From Camelus dromedarius (lineage: Eukaryota): DNA of 64,000 nucleotides. Below, one piece after another: positions 1 through 12,665 of the stretch. The position numbers and the translations under genes were made by a program. The stretch spans positions 86,864,001-86,928,000 of the forward strand of contig NC_087437.1 in the NCBI RefSeq assembly GCF_036321535.1. Reading direction: 5' to 3'. The notes below the pieces were generated by a model. It was not told where the DNA came from. It searched no databases and saw only the letters and a list, made by a program, of their open reading frames with translations. Each line of letters starts with the position of its first letter. Position 1 is the stretch's first letter.

Positions 1-559
1 CTAATTCTAACACGACTCTTTTCTGCATGGATTTATGCCATGGGAACATCTCCCCAAGTCTAAGTCATCTGGTTTCAAGTAATACCCAGAAAGTCTTCTG
101 CAGGATAATTAGTACTGGTTGCTGATCCAATTCCTTCAGAATAGTTCAAGGAGAGCAACTTAAGAGAGAGAGCCTAGCTATGCTCTCCAAATTATGTCTC
201 CACTGCTACATACCCACTAGGGTGAGTTTTAAAGCATGCCCATTTACTTCCTTTCCAATGAATATGAATAAACCCATAATAAAATGATATGTTTCTAACT
301 GTGTGATTATTTGACACACACTGCAGTACCACCATAGTTTCCATGGTGTTCCACAGACCCAGTCAACAATAAGGAGAAGCATAGATTTCTTCAATTCCAA
401 TATTCTGGTTACATAAAGAGGAGCTTTGAGATAACTGTAGCCATTGTAATGAGCAATTAGAAGCTTGATGAAGATTTTTATTAGTTTTAAGCCACAAGGA
501 GAAGGAGATGGTTTATATTTTGGATTTCAAACATAAATGATAAGTATCCATTTTCTTTT

Positions 560-1400
560 AAATGAACCATTTGTTTACTACCTAATTAATGGTAAATATC
601 TAAGTATGTTAGGCTCAGGGCTAGGAGAATTAGAAGTAACAGAAATTGACTTTTTCTTTGTGAGGATTCAAATTGATAAGGGAAACAAGATGTATATGTA
701 AATATAGGGAAGATGATTATAATAGATGACAGTATCATAATGTAGAAAATTGTTAAAGTTGAATTGCAACAGAGGAACTATTAGAACCCTAATACTAATA
801 CTGCATATTTTGTGTATGAAAAAATGGCAGTGCAATTCATACACAATTGGGGAAACTCTAGTGAAGCTTATTTTTTTTTTGATATAGAACTTTTCAGAGT
901 TTTTAATATGGTAATGTATGTGGTGAATTTACAAAAAGTATATATTCAGTTTACAAGAAGTATGTGTTCAATTTTGGACATCTTGAATTTGGTAGCCTAC
1001 CAGACTCTGAGAAGTGATGTCTAACACAATGATAAAAATATTAGAATATGGCTCCTTTAGTTTGGAACTGCATATACAGATTTGTGGTCTAACCACAAAG
1101 AGGTGTTAATTGCTGTCATCAATTTGGAAAGAAGAAAGTATAAGTCAGATAAAATAGAGATCAACTATATTTGAAGAATTTAAAAAGGAATCTGAAGTTA
1201 AGAAATCAGATACAGAGAAAGGACTAGGAGCCTGTGAAGCCAAAGACAATAAATCTTTAAGGAGAACAGAGCGGCATCAATATTTGGACGACACAAAAAT
1301 CAAGGAGACTGTAAGGACTCAGAAAAGGTTACTGCATTTACAAACTGAGTGACACTGATTATTTTTTAAGAAAAAGGTTTGACAAACTTGAAGATAGCAC
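560..1400 (-). mobile_element. LINE-2 fragment, highly diverged
   Basis: Segments such as ttcaattttggacatcttgaattt...gatgtc...tatacagatttgtg resemble the antisense L2 3' region. Confidence 0.6.
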
Positions 1401-1514
1401 CAGGTGATAAATGAAATAGTGAATATAAAAAATGGAAACTAAGCGTGACACACATATACAGCCCCAAACCATGCTGCACCTGAAGAAAATGATACAGAGG
1501 TAGGCAGACACACC

Positions 1515-1684
1515 CAGTATTCTACAAGCATGAACCACAGGCCACTGCCTATTTAAAAGCACAGATTTCTTAGACAAATCCCCTGTCTACTGAATCAGAT
1601 TCTCTAGAAACAAAGACTGGGAATCTGTATTTTTATAAGTTCCATGTGTGATTATTCTGTACACTAAAGTTAGAGGACCACTGC
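1515..1684. mobile_element. MER5-type hAT-Charlie MITE
   Basis: ctactgaatcagattctct...gggaatctgtattttta...acactaaagttagaggaccactg matches the MER5 pattern and ends in an accactg terminus. Confidence 0.7.
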
Positions 1685-2929
1685 TATTTATATAGTATCT
1701 TCCCAAGTCAGTGCTTTATTTATAAATGTCAAATGTTGGAAAATAAAATTGATTTAATAAAAAATCCAATGATAAGTATTATAGAATAGTTATTTTCCTT
1801 CTGCCACATTAAAAATATTAGAAAAGCATTAGTGAATCAACAATAAGACAAACATTCTAAGGTCATAGCTTTTTAATATTAGTTGAGGTCACCATGGTAA
1901 AAATGGAAGTGGAAGATTTAAATGTTTCTACTTTCAAATAAAGGAGTTAAAATATATAAAATCTGAGTATTGGAATAATGTCAAAAGTAAAGCAGATTCA
2001 TGATCATTGAATGAAGTCTAAGTCCACACACATAGGAAGGGAGGGAGAGAGAGAAGACAAAAGAGAGAGAGGAAAGGATATAGTTCTGTTTGTTTTTTTC
2101 TAAATACAATAAAAATGGGGGGAAATTCATAAAATTTTATAGGAAAAGAAAAAGGATTCATTAATGAAAACCAATTAGGTTTAACAAGTTTCTGTTTTTA
2201 GGTCTTTGACCCTAGAAGTCTTCTAGTGAAGATCAAATATACATTCCTCATAGAGAAGACCAAAATCTCCTCCTGTGTGCTAACCCCATCGTCTGATAAA
2301 TATCAGGTATTTATTATAACATTGTTGTCATTGTGCATGTTTGTATGTAATTCAAGAACCAAAACATAAATAAACAAATGAGACCACTGTGTAAGCCCCA
2401 GTACAACAGTAATTCTGTGCTCTGGCTTAGAGATTGGAAACAGATGTAAATATTTGTAATTATGCATGTTTCAAGCTGCCTTTTATGCACAAAAACAGTC
2501 GCTTTGGAAATTCTGGGTGGAGCTGGCCTGACATGAACATTACTTGTCTTTCTGAAGTGTGGAATGAGACATTATAGTAAATGCAAGCACATTAATCATG
2601 AAATGAAATTTTGGGGAGGTCACTTACTTGTGAACTTCTGGCGTCACTCAAAAATGAAAGTTTTCTAACCGCTTGAGTCATTTTCCTATGTTTATGAACT
2701 AATATAATCATAAGGTGGGAAGGAACTTTATGGAGGGCAATTGTTCCTTCTCACGGACACTTTTCAGCCATTCCAAGTAGATGGAATTGGGCTTCATTTT
2801 CTGACATATAGATACATCATTGGAACAAAATACTAAGCAACCTCCCCAAGTAGGCATTAATGTGCGTGTTAAACTCCAACATCCATTTTTCCTTTTTCCC
2901 TTTGTAATTGGACTCCAGTGTTTAGCTGA

Positions 2930-3270
2930 TTATAGTCCTCCCTGCTCAACAGCTACCTTTCCCATCCTCTCCTGTAGCTAACTGTGACTAAGTTCTGGAC
3001 AGTTTCATGTAAGTGAACATACATCAGACTTCCAGGAGGTCTCCTTAAATGAACTTCCTCCCTTTTTCAGTCATGCATAAATGAAGTCCCTTCAAGAATA
3101 GAAGCCACATATTGAGGCTGGTAAAGTATATAGATGAGAATTTAAAACACAGAACAGTGACACTGCCCTACCAACTTGGAAGAGCCTACCTCCAGAATTC
3201 TCTTATGTGACAGAGAAATAAGCGTCTATCTTATTTAGGCCACTAATTGTTTGTTTGTTTATTAGTAGTT
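2930..3270 (+). mobile_element. Old ERVL/MaLR solo-LTR fragment (LTR33/MLT1J-like)
   Basis: tgtgactaagttctgg...acttccaggagg...gagaaataagcgtctatcttatttaggccact are typical LTR motifs. Confidence 0.6.
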
Positions 3271-3380
3271 GGACCACATTGTATACAGAACACAGATTAA
3301 ATTCAACCAATATGTATGGCCAGAAACTGTTCTATTATTTGAGGCTATAGTGGCAAACAAGAATGGACATGGTTTGCTAA

Positions 3381-3592
3381 CAGGTCAGCAAACCAAGATC
3401 CATGGCCAAATCTCCCCACTGACCGTTGTGGTAAATAAAATTTTACAGGAACACAGTCATTCCTATTCTCCATTGCTGTTTTCTTGTTCCAATGACAGAG
3501 ATGAGTAATTGTGACAGAGACTTCATGACCCCCAAAGCCTAAAATAATTACTATCTGGTACTTACAGAGTCAAAAAAAACCTGACAGCTCTG
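3381..3592 (+). mobile_element. MER58A-like hAT-Charlie MITE, inserted into an L2 fragment (~3295-3850)
   Basis: caggtcagcaaac...gtaaataaaattttacaggaacacagtca...gtgacagagac...caaagcctaaaataattactatctgg follows the MER58A consensus; L2-like sequence lies on both sides. Confidence 0.8.
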
Positions 3593-4264
3593 ATCTAGTG
3601 GGAGATGAAGGCAAATAAGTGGAGACTTAGCCTAGTGTGTGGTGTATACAATAGGAAGGGACCTGGATGCTAGCATAGAGGGCAGGGAATAACCTGGGCT
3701 TGAGAGACCGAAAACATTTCCCAGAGTTGGTGATGTTTAAGAGGAACTTAGAAGAATGAGTAGGTTAACCAGATAAATGCATCAATGAGAGCATTCCAAA
3801 TTGCAGAAACCGTGCAAGCCCAAAAGCCAAGAGTGACAATGCTGCCAAGTGAAATGACTACTGAGAATTGTCGCCATGCAGTATAGAAGAATAACACCAA
3901 CTTTAGAAGTGGCTACAGAGAGGAAGCCAAGAAGGCACGGGATGGAACTTAGTATAAAACTTTGGAAAAATCAAAGTCCTGAGTTCACTTGTTAGTGAAC
4001 TTTACCAGTTATTTGCTTTTTAAACGTCATTGTCTTTATTTTCGTTTAAAACAGTTACAACTTGATTTAGGAATGCAATGAAGTACGATTTTTTTTTTAC
4101 TTTAAGGCTGCAGGGGAAGTTTTATTACCACCCCAGTGCTCATACTGAAAGCCACAGCTTTGCAGAGTGGCTGAGAGTGTGTCGGGGTGAGATAGCAGGT
4201 GTAGAACTCACCCTTGAACCAACCTTGCCTGCTAGTCCTGGGAGCCAAAATTGAGTATGAATAA

Positions 4265-4585
4265 AAGTACTTGGGTAACTTATTGAACTGCAGAGCTCAG
4301 GTTCCACCATTTAGAGACACTGATTCTACAATCTGGGCTTGGGCTCAGAAATTAGAAATTTTAAGATGTCAAAAAGGTAATTTCAATTAAATTGATCCAG
4401 AAGCTATTCTGTGAAATATTGCCTTAGTGCAGACCCATACCTGAGAGCCTTCTGGGACACTGGAAAAATTCAGAATATTGGGTGACATCCTGATGTTGTG
4501 AATATAAATTTGAGGGTGGTGCACTTGAATCTGTGTTTGAATAAGCTCTCTGGTTGATTCTAGTGTGCAATAGTTTCTAAAAAAC
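4265..4585. mobile_element. Two degraded MER5-like fragments
   Basis: ctgattctacaatctgggcttgggctcagaaatt and gaatctgtgtttgaataagctctctggttgattct resemble MER5 internal motifs. Confidence 0.45.
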
Positions 4586-5242
4586 ATATTTTTATAATTC
4601 TGGTTCTGTGGCACAAACCCATCAGCATTTACAGCGCTCAAGGCACAGGCAGGAGAGTAAGAGGCGGTGTCTCTAGGATGGTGCGACCGAGAACGGGCAG
4701 GACAACACTGACGTGAACGTGTAGCAACCGTCGGCTCGTGTCTCTTGACTGTTTTCTGCTCTTTCCTCCTTTATGGTTCATGGATCTCTCACCTTGTTCT
4801 TGAGCCATTTCTGACTTCATAGCTGCACATAAAGAGAAAAATCGTCAAAGTGTTCATGGAGGCTGTGAACAGAGTCACTGTTTGATTCAGGAATTACTTT
4901 TCTTGGTGTAATTTCTGAAGTCACCGTCCTTTCATGTCCAGCTGTTAACTAATCTTCTCTCATAACACCTGACGTGAATGTAGAATTTAACTTCTTAAAA
5001 AGCACCTTCATGTACATTATCCCTTTTGATCCTATAAAAGGCTCTGCAAAGTAGGCATGGATTATGGTATTCATTTGCCAGACAAAAATGGGAAACTCTG
5101 ACATGACTCTAGCTGATCAGAAAAGAAGCCCAGGCTTAAACCAAAAAACTCTGGCTTCAGTTCTACAGCTTAAGCGTTTATGCACATTTAACGTTATAAA
5201 AGGATAACCGGGTAAGAAGTGACTCTTTTGAGCAGATATAAA

Positions 5243-5281
5243 ACACGCACGCACCACGCACACACGCACACACGCACGCAC
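5243..5281. repeat. Imperfect (CA/CACG)n microsatellite
   Basis: cacgcacgcaccacgcacacacgcacacacgcacgcac. Confidence 0.9.
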
Positions 5282-5554
5282 TGGAAGATAGCTATCTCGC
5301 AGTAAAAGGCTCTCTCTTATCCATTCCCAATACAGCAGTCTCTCCAGGTATCTATGAAGAATAGATGAGGTTCTGGCAAAACCTTAGCTGACTCTCTCCA
5401 CTACTGAGACTTTCCCCGAATTATGTCCTCAACACTAATGCTGAAAAGGCTATTCTCTGTGCTGATCATATTGGACGCAGTGTGAGGTTTACATACACAC
5501 ATCAGTCTTCTTTTCTAATTGTCCCAATGAATAACCCAAGTTTTTCTCATGCAT

Positions 5555-6110
5555 GGGTCATTTTTCAGTCCAGACAAGAGAAACTGTTCTAGACATTTCA
5601 AGCAGAGAAAGAGCTCATAAAAAGAGCTGGTTTTAAAGGTATTGAAAGGGCTGGAGAAGCACTTGTGGGAAAAGAGTTTTAACTAAAAAAAAATACAACT
5701 TCAGAACTTCCAGAGATCCATAGCTGTCAACACGCAGGAGTTTAAACCAGCTGCTGCTGCTGCTGCTGCTGCTGGATGGCTGTCACTTACTTACACTGCT
5801 GAAGGCACCTCGACAACCTTGCATCAGGAGGCCAGCCTTGGACTGGCTCTCACCTTTGAGACCACCAAGGAGCCTGGAGTCTTGAGCACCCTGTGGTAGT
5901 TTCCTTGCAGCTGCTGCGAGAACCAGGAACAAACTACCTTCCGTCTTCATCTTGCCTTCTCATCTCTAGCCAGTTCATCCCCTTGACAGAACTTAAATGG
6001 AAAGCAGCTGACAAGGGAGTCTAGGAAATAAATTTCCCAGCTTCTAGCCTCTTGTTATAGAAGACCCCAGAAAGGTAGAGACGGAGATTAGTCTCAGTGG
6101 AAAATTGATG
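5555..6110 (-). mobile_element. Ancient ERVL/MaLR-class LTR fragment containing a (CTG)n tract
   Basis: ccccttgacagaacttaaatggaaagcagctgacaagggagtctaggaaat resembles a motif shared by old LTR families; subfamily uncertain. Confidence 0.5.
5750..5774. repeat. (CTG)8 trinucleotide repeat
   Basis: gctgctgctgctgctgctgctgctg. Confidence 0.95.
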
Positions 6111-7327
6111 GCAGAATCTGGTTCATCAAAACCACCAAAAAGTTTAAAATAACCTTATACATCACATGATGAAAAGAACAGAGATGTAAAATAAGACAGC
6201 ATTAGGAGAAATAGGAATGTATAATTAAAAAGCTATAAATTTAAACCTTTATTTTGCACACATATATTATTCTAACTAAATTCAAACCTCTTTCTGGAGG
6301 TATATGAATTTAGAAATGATTTGGAATTTCTGTTTCAGCTGAATTCTTTTATTTTTATTGGCCCAGAGGCAGAACATATTTTCAGGGTATAGACATGTAG
6401 GATTCTGGGTATCCATATAATAAGCTGATTTGCACAACGTATGAAATTTGAAAGTGCTTAAAATCAAACTTACATGAACATGAAGAGAACATTTTAAGTC
6501 TTAATCTGAAATGAGAAAACTCCTTTAAATGTAATACACATTTCTTGAACTCCAGTTATGTTTACTTATGTAAGTTCCATCTGCATTTACTATACAACTC
6601 AGATTTGCTGTTTAACAACAACTTTGAATTACTTACTTGGATTCTATTTGGTGCACAAGGATGCATTTGATCACAAGATAATTTTTGAGACATCAGTTTT
6701 CCTCAGTTCCCATCACATCGTAAACTGGCATGTAGTTAACTCATATTAAACATTTTAAAAAATAGCCACAATGAAGAAAATAGAAGTACAACCTAACAAA
6801 CATTATGTTTCAATTAAATTTGGTCAATAGTGCTGCCTTTTTTACCTTAAGCAATGCAGGTACTAAGTGTTATATGTGAAAAAATGTGTCCTAAGAAAAC
6901 TTTCTTTTGAACAGACAATATAGTTGTACATGCAAATACATAGAAACAAGAGAATTGTGGGAAAATGTTGAACAAACATATATTCGAACAATTTCCTCTT
7001 CTAGATGACAGAAATAGGAGAAATTGTCTGTTGAACTCCACCTACAGCCTTGATAAAATCAACAAGGTGAGATAACAAAGGAAAAATACATTAGAAATCT
7101 CTAATTTTTGTGATAATACAGGTGACATTATGCATTTCTTTCAGATCAAAAAGGTGCTTTACCAATTAACTTGGCAACTTCAAAAGACTAATCATTTAGG
7201 GTTAAGGATGTATACAGGAACTTTCTGTACTTTCTGTTCAATTTTTCCCCTCAGTATGGTAGAACTTGAGTGTGAACAAAAAGAGTAGAAAATAGATGTA
7301 ATACTGGTAAAGGAATATGCCACAGAT

Positions 7328-7412
7328 CAGTGTTTTTCAAATGTGAGCATTGTTAGAATGACCTGGAGCACACGTGGAACAAATTACTGGGTTTAGCCTC
7401 TAGAGTTTCTGG
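7328..7412. mobile_element. MER5A-like fragment
   Basis: cagtgtttttcaaatgtgagc...agaatgacctggag...ctagagtttctg. Confidence 0.6.
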
Positions 7413-8386
7413 GTACTACTTTATGAGTTATGGAGATATAACAAGAAGTGTTGAATCATTTGATAATTACGAATGCTTTATTTTTTAATAGCATTTGAAA
7501 TTCTGTAGGGAAGGTGACATGAAGCCATTGTTTTATAAAAATATTTAGGAGATTTCACGTCTGTGGTCAGTTTTAGATGTTCAAGAGATTTGATTTATTT
7601 CCTTTGGGATTTTTTTAATTTACTAGTTGTATAAATAGTGCTAAAATGTTCAGAGAAAATATCCTATAGTTCTTTAAACTTAATAAGTTAATTATATATA
7701 GCAGAAGTAGAAGTGATAGCTCTATGCCCAAACACACAAACAAAAATTCAATCATCTAAAACATTCTGAATTTTAAGCATTATTTTGGAAATCACCCATA
7801 CTTCTATTGTTAGCCATTGTTTCAAAAAAAACAACCACATCTATCTTAATGGTTTGCCCCCTGGAAAGAAAGTGCTCAAAGTACGAATTCTAGCCCCATG
7901 CCACTAGCTATAGAGACAAAAAACAAAACAAAACCCTCAAAACAAACAAACAGACAAAACCTCCTCTATTAACATGGCTCACTGTCATCTATGAAGACTT
8001 ACCCAACTGAAACAGCCCACTATCTTGCTGCATTTTCTAGGGGATGAAGAGTGGATGATTCCTGAAGGTGTGTTCCTTGTGAAACTTCGTTCTGTCCCCT
8101 TGTTTCCCATGGTATCTGATCTTCCTATCTATCCAATCATCTTTGAGCCAAGGTTTATATTTTCTTTAAGATAACAACTAGACAACCAAAAAAAATTAAT
8201 ACATATTAATGAACAAATGATAAACAATTTTCCTTCTCAAGTAATATAAATTTTTTCTAACAGTAATCGCCAAGAGGCAACATAGTCAATGTCTTTACCT
8301 TTGAAATCTAGTTTGGAAGTGATTATAGTTGTGGAAATTCATGGTCCAAGAATACTTTAGACTCTCTAAAGCAAGAATAACAAACA

Positions 8387-8601
8387 CAGTTGACCCTTGA
8401 ACAATAATGGGTTAGTGGTGCCAACCCTCCTCAAATTTGAAAATTCTTGTATTACTTATAATTCACCCTCCATATAAGTGGTTCACATCCACGGATTCAA
8501 CCAACCCCAGACTGTATAGTACTGTAGTATTTATTATTGAAAAATTTTGTGTATAAGTGGACCCCTGCTGATCAAAGCCATGTTGTTTCAGGGTCATACT
8601 G
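8387..8601. mobile_element. Tigger-derived MITE (TcMar-Tigger; MER8/Tigger2-like)
   Basis: Terminal inverted repeats cagttgacccttgaacaa ... tgttgtttcagggtcatactg; internal ggattcaaccaacc and gtataagtggaccc. Confidence 0.85.
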
Positions 8602-8875
8602 CGTTTATGCTGTTACTACCTTATCCTATGTCCACAGACATTTATAAGCAATTAAACCACTCACATAATCTTTCTTGATACAGCTTCACTACTGATAAAT
8701 CAGAACTACAAAGTTAAAGTTATTTGTCACTCCAAGCTTAGGGTAATACATATATTAACAAGACCAAATATAAACTTATAGATGGTTTCTGAATAATCCT
8801 AAGAATGGGAGATATATTGACAAACATTCACAGGAAATCATTACTCCAATTTTTATAAAAGGTAAAATGGATAAT

Positions 8876-8950
8876 GTATCAGTTAGCTATTGGTGATTAA
8901 AAAAAACCACTACAACTTAGTGGCTTCATACAACAAGCATTTTATTATAC
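8876..8950 (-). mobile_element. MaLR MLT1 LTR, first piece (continues at 12666-13061 and 13199-13233)
   Basis: tgtatcagttagctattg...accactacaacttagtggctt...caacaagcatttatt is the antisense MLT1 3' end; interrupted by an L1. Confidence 0.75.
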
Positions 8951-8951
8951 A

Positions 8952-10160
8952 TTTTCAGCTTTATAGAGGTATATTTAACAAACAAAAATTATATATATTT
9001 ATATTATACAAAATGATGTTTTGAAGTATGTAGACATTGAGAAATGATAACCACATTGATCTAATTAACATATCCATCAGCTCATACAGTAATTGTGTGT
9101 GGGTGTGGTGAGAACATCTAAGATCTACTCTTTTGGCAAATTTCAGATATACAATATAGCAATATTAACTACCATCTCCATGCTGTATATTAGATCTCCA
9201 GAATGTATTCATTCTGAATAACAAAAATTTTGTGTCCTTTGATCAACATCTCTCCACACCCCTCACTCCCCAGCCACTGGCAACCACAATTCTACTCTGT
9301 GCTTCTGTGAGTTTGACTCTTTTAGATTTGTATATAAATAAGATCATGCAGTATCTGTCTTTGTGTGTCTGACTTGTTATATCTAGCATATGTCCTCTAG
9401 TTTCATCCATTTTGTCACAAATGACAGAATTTCCTTATTTTTAAAGGGTGAACAATATTTCATTGTATGTATACATCACATTTTCTTTATCCATTCATTG
9501 ATGGACACTTACTTATTGTAAATAATGATACAATGAACATGGAAGCCCAGATATCCTTCAAGATATTGATTTCATTTCCTTTGAATATATAACTAGAAGT
9601 GGAATTTCTGAATCATATAATATTTTTGTTTTTTAAGTTTTTGTGAATCTTATATTGTTTTCTACAATGGCTATACCAATTTATATTTCCACCAACAGTG
9701 TACACACAAAGGTTCTCTTTTTCTACATCCTTACCAACACTTACCTTTAATCTTTTTGACAATAGACATTCTAACAGGTGTCAGATGATATCTTATTGTG
9801 GTTTTGATTTGCATTTGCCTAATTATTAGCCATGTTGAGCTCTTTTTCATATACCTGGTGGCCATTTGTATGTCTCCTTTTGAGAAATGTCTGTTAAAGT
9901 CCTTTGCTCATTTTTAAATGGGCTTTGTTGCCATAAAGTTGTGTTTCTTATATATTTTTGATATTAACCTCTTATCAGATGCGTGGGTTACAAATGTTTT
10001 CCTCATTTTGTAGGCTGTTTCTTCACTCTGTTGATTATTTCCTTTGTGGTGCAGAAGTTTTACTTTGATGCAATCCCACTTGTCTGTTTTCACTTTTGTT
10101 GCCTGTGATTTTGAGATAGCAAAATTCATTGCCCAGACCAACATCAAGAAGCTTTTTCCT
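8952..10160 (-). mobile_element. L1 3' end (L1MA8/9-like), first piece
   Basis: Antisense L1 3' UTR (aagatctactc...tattagatctccagaa) and ORF2 C-terminus; ORF 9914..10147 translates to L1-like KSQATKVKTDKWDCIK. Confidence 0.92.
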
Positions 10161-11657
10161 GGGGACTTGAATCAAGATGGTGGAGTAGGAGGACCCAGAA
10201 CTCAACTCTTTTCATTAACAGATTAAAATATATCTACATGTGGAACAACTCTCATTGAAAACTAACTGGAGACTAGCAAAAAGACTCCTGTAACAGTAAG
10301 GCTGAAAGAAAGATACACTTGGAATCAGGAAGGAAGGGAAGAGAAGTGATCATGTTGGGACCTAACAAACTATACTCTAATAAGAACTATCAGAAAGAAA
10401 AATTAAGAAAACAATCCCCTTTGCAATCATATAAAAAACAATAAAATTTCTAGGAATAAACCTAACTAGGAAGTGAAAGACTTATACTTTGAAAACCATA
10501 AAATATTGATGAAGGAATTTGAGAATGATGCAAAGAAATGGAAAGATAACCCATGTTCTTGGATTGGAAAAATTAATATTGTTAAAATGTCCATACTACC
10601 CAAAGCAATCTACAGACTTAATGCAATCCATCTGTGACATTATTCACAGAACTAGAACAAATAATCCTAAAATTTTATATAGAACTATAAAAGACCCCAA
10701 ACTGTAGCAATCTTGAGGAAAAAAGAATGAAGCTGGAAGTATCACACATCCTGACTTTATCCTACAAAGCTACAGTGATCAAAATAGGATGGTACTGGCA
10801 CTAATCAGACACATAGATCAATGGAACAGAATAGAAAGCCCAGAAATAAACCCAAGCAATTATGGTAAATAAATCTACAACAGTGGAAACAAGAATATAC
10901 AATGGAGAAAAGACAGTCTCTTCAATAAGTGGTGCTGAAAATACTGGACAGCTACTTGTAAAAGAATGAGATTAAAACACTTCCTCACACCATATACAAA
11001 AGTAAACTCAAAATGGATTAAAGACCTAAATTTAAGACCTGAAACCATGAAACTCCTAGAATAGAACATAGGCAGAACACTCTTGGACATAAACTATACT
11101 AATATTTTTTTGGATCTGTCTCTTAAGGCAAAAGAAATAAAAGCAAAAATAAACAAATGGGATCTAATAATACTTAAAAGCTTTTGCACAGCAAAAGAAA
11201 CCATGCATCAACAAAACAAAAAGACAACCTACTGAGCGGGAGGAAATATTTGCAAGTGATGTGACTGGTACAAGGTTAGTATCCAAAATTTGTAAACAGC
11301 ACATACAAATCAATACCAGAAAAAAATAGCAACCAACAAAACACTAAAGAACCCAATTAAAACTGGGCAGATTTGAGTAGACATTTTTCCAAAGAAGATA
11401 CACTGATAGCCCACAGGCACATGAACAAATGCCCAACATCACTAATTATCAGAGTAATACAAATCAAAACCACAATGAAATATTACCTCACACCTATCAA
11501 AATAGCTATCATCAAAAAGTCTACAAATAACAAATGATGATGAGGATGTGAAGAAAAGGGGACCCTAGTACACTGTTGGTGTAATTGTAAATTGGTGAAG
11601 TCACTATGCAAAACAGTTTGGAATTTCCTCAAAAAACTAAAAATAGGACTACCATAT

Positions 11658-11705
<48 letters not shown>

Positions 11706-12159
11706 AATATTACTCAGCCATAGAAAAGAATGACATTCTGCCATTTGCAACAATGTGGATGGACATAAAGAGTATTACGCTTAGTAAATTAAGTCAGACA
11801 GAAAAAGATAAATACTGTATGTTATCACTTTTATGTGGAATCTAAAAAATAAAACAAACAAATGTATATAACAAAGCAAATACAGACTCACAGAGAATAA
11901 ACTAGTGGTTACCAGCGGGGAGAAGAAAGGGAAGAGGAGCGAGATAGAGGTTTGGGATTGAAAGATGCTAACTACTATGTATAATATAAATAAGCAACAA
12001 AGATATATTGTTCAGCACAACAAAGATACATTGTTCAAGGAAATATAGCCACTATTTTGTGATAACTTTAAGTGGAGTAAAATCTATAAAAATATTGAAT
12101 CACTATGCTATACACCTGGAACTAATATAATATTGTAAATTAACTACACTTTAATAAAT
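10161..12159 (+). mobile_element. Younger L1 nested in the older L1: ~200 bp of 5' UTR joined to distal ORF2 plus 3' UTR
   Basis: Starts ggggacttgaatcaagatggtggagtagga (L1 5' end). From ~10370 it is ORF2 sequence (aggaataaacctaac, tccatactacccaaagcaatctacaga). Ends in an A-rich tail. Flanked by diverged direct repeats aagaagctttttcct (10146-10160) and aagaagtttattccct (12160-12175). Confidence 0.9.
11661..11703. repeat. (TA)21 microsatellite inside L1
   Basis: Pure TA run. Confidence 0.97.
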
Positions 12160-12665
12160 AAGAAGTTTATTCCCTATATTTTCTTCTCATAGTTTTACAG
12201 TTTAAGATCTTACGCTCAAGCCTTTAATACATTTCTAATTGATTTTTATATATGGTATAAGAGAATGATTCAGTTTCATTCCTTTGCATATGGATATCCA
12301 GTTTTCCTACTACCATTTATCAAAGACATTATCTTTTCTACATTACATTTTCTTGGCACCATTGTTGAAGATCAATTGACTATAATTGCATGGATTTATT
12401 TCTGGGCTCTTTATTCTTCATTCCATTGGTTTATATGTCTGCTTTTTTGCTAGTACTGTGCTGTTTTGATTACTATAGGTTTGTGTATGTCTTATAATCA
12501 GATATGATGCCTCCAGCTTTGTTCTTTTTGTTCAATATTACTTTGCTTATTTAGAGACTTTTGTGGTTCCATATAAATTTTAAGATTGTTTTTTTCTATT
12601 TCTATGAAAAACACCATTGAAATTTTGCTAGGGATTGCATGGAATCTGTAAGTCACTTTGGGTAA
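12160..12665 (-). mobile_element. L1 ORF2, second piece of the older L1
   Basis: Resumes the antisense ORF2 sequence broken at 10160 (ttccctatattttcttct...atgatgcctccagctttgttc...gggattgcatggaatctgta). Confidence 0.9.

Noticed and set aside
1..450. Possible ancient retroelement coding remnant
   Set aside because: I could not match it to any consensus with confidence.
5750..5774. (CTG)8 as a coding polyQ/polyA or expansion-prone locus
   Set aside because: Short, intergenic and inside an LTR remnant.
11995..12037. Tandem duplication of caacaaagata(t/c)attgttca; similar micro-duplications at ~41320 and ~52670
   Set aside because: Ordinary slippage duplications with no motif or structural consequence.
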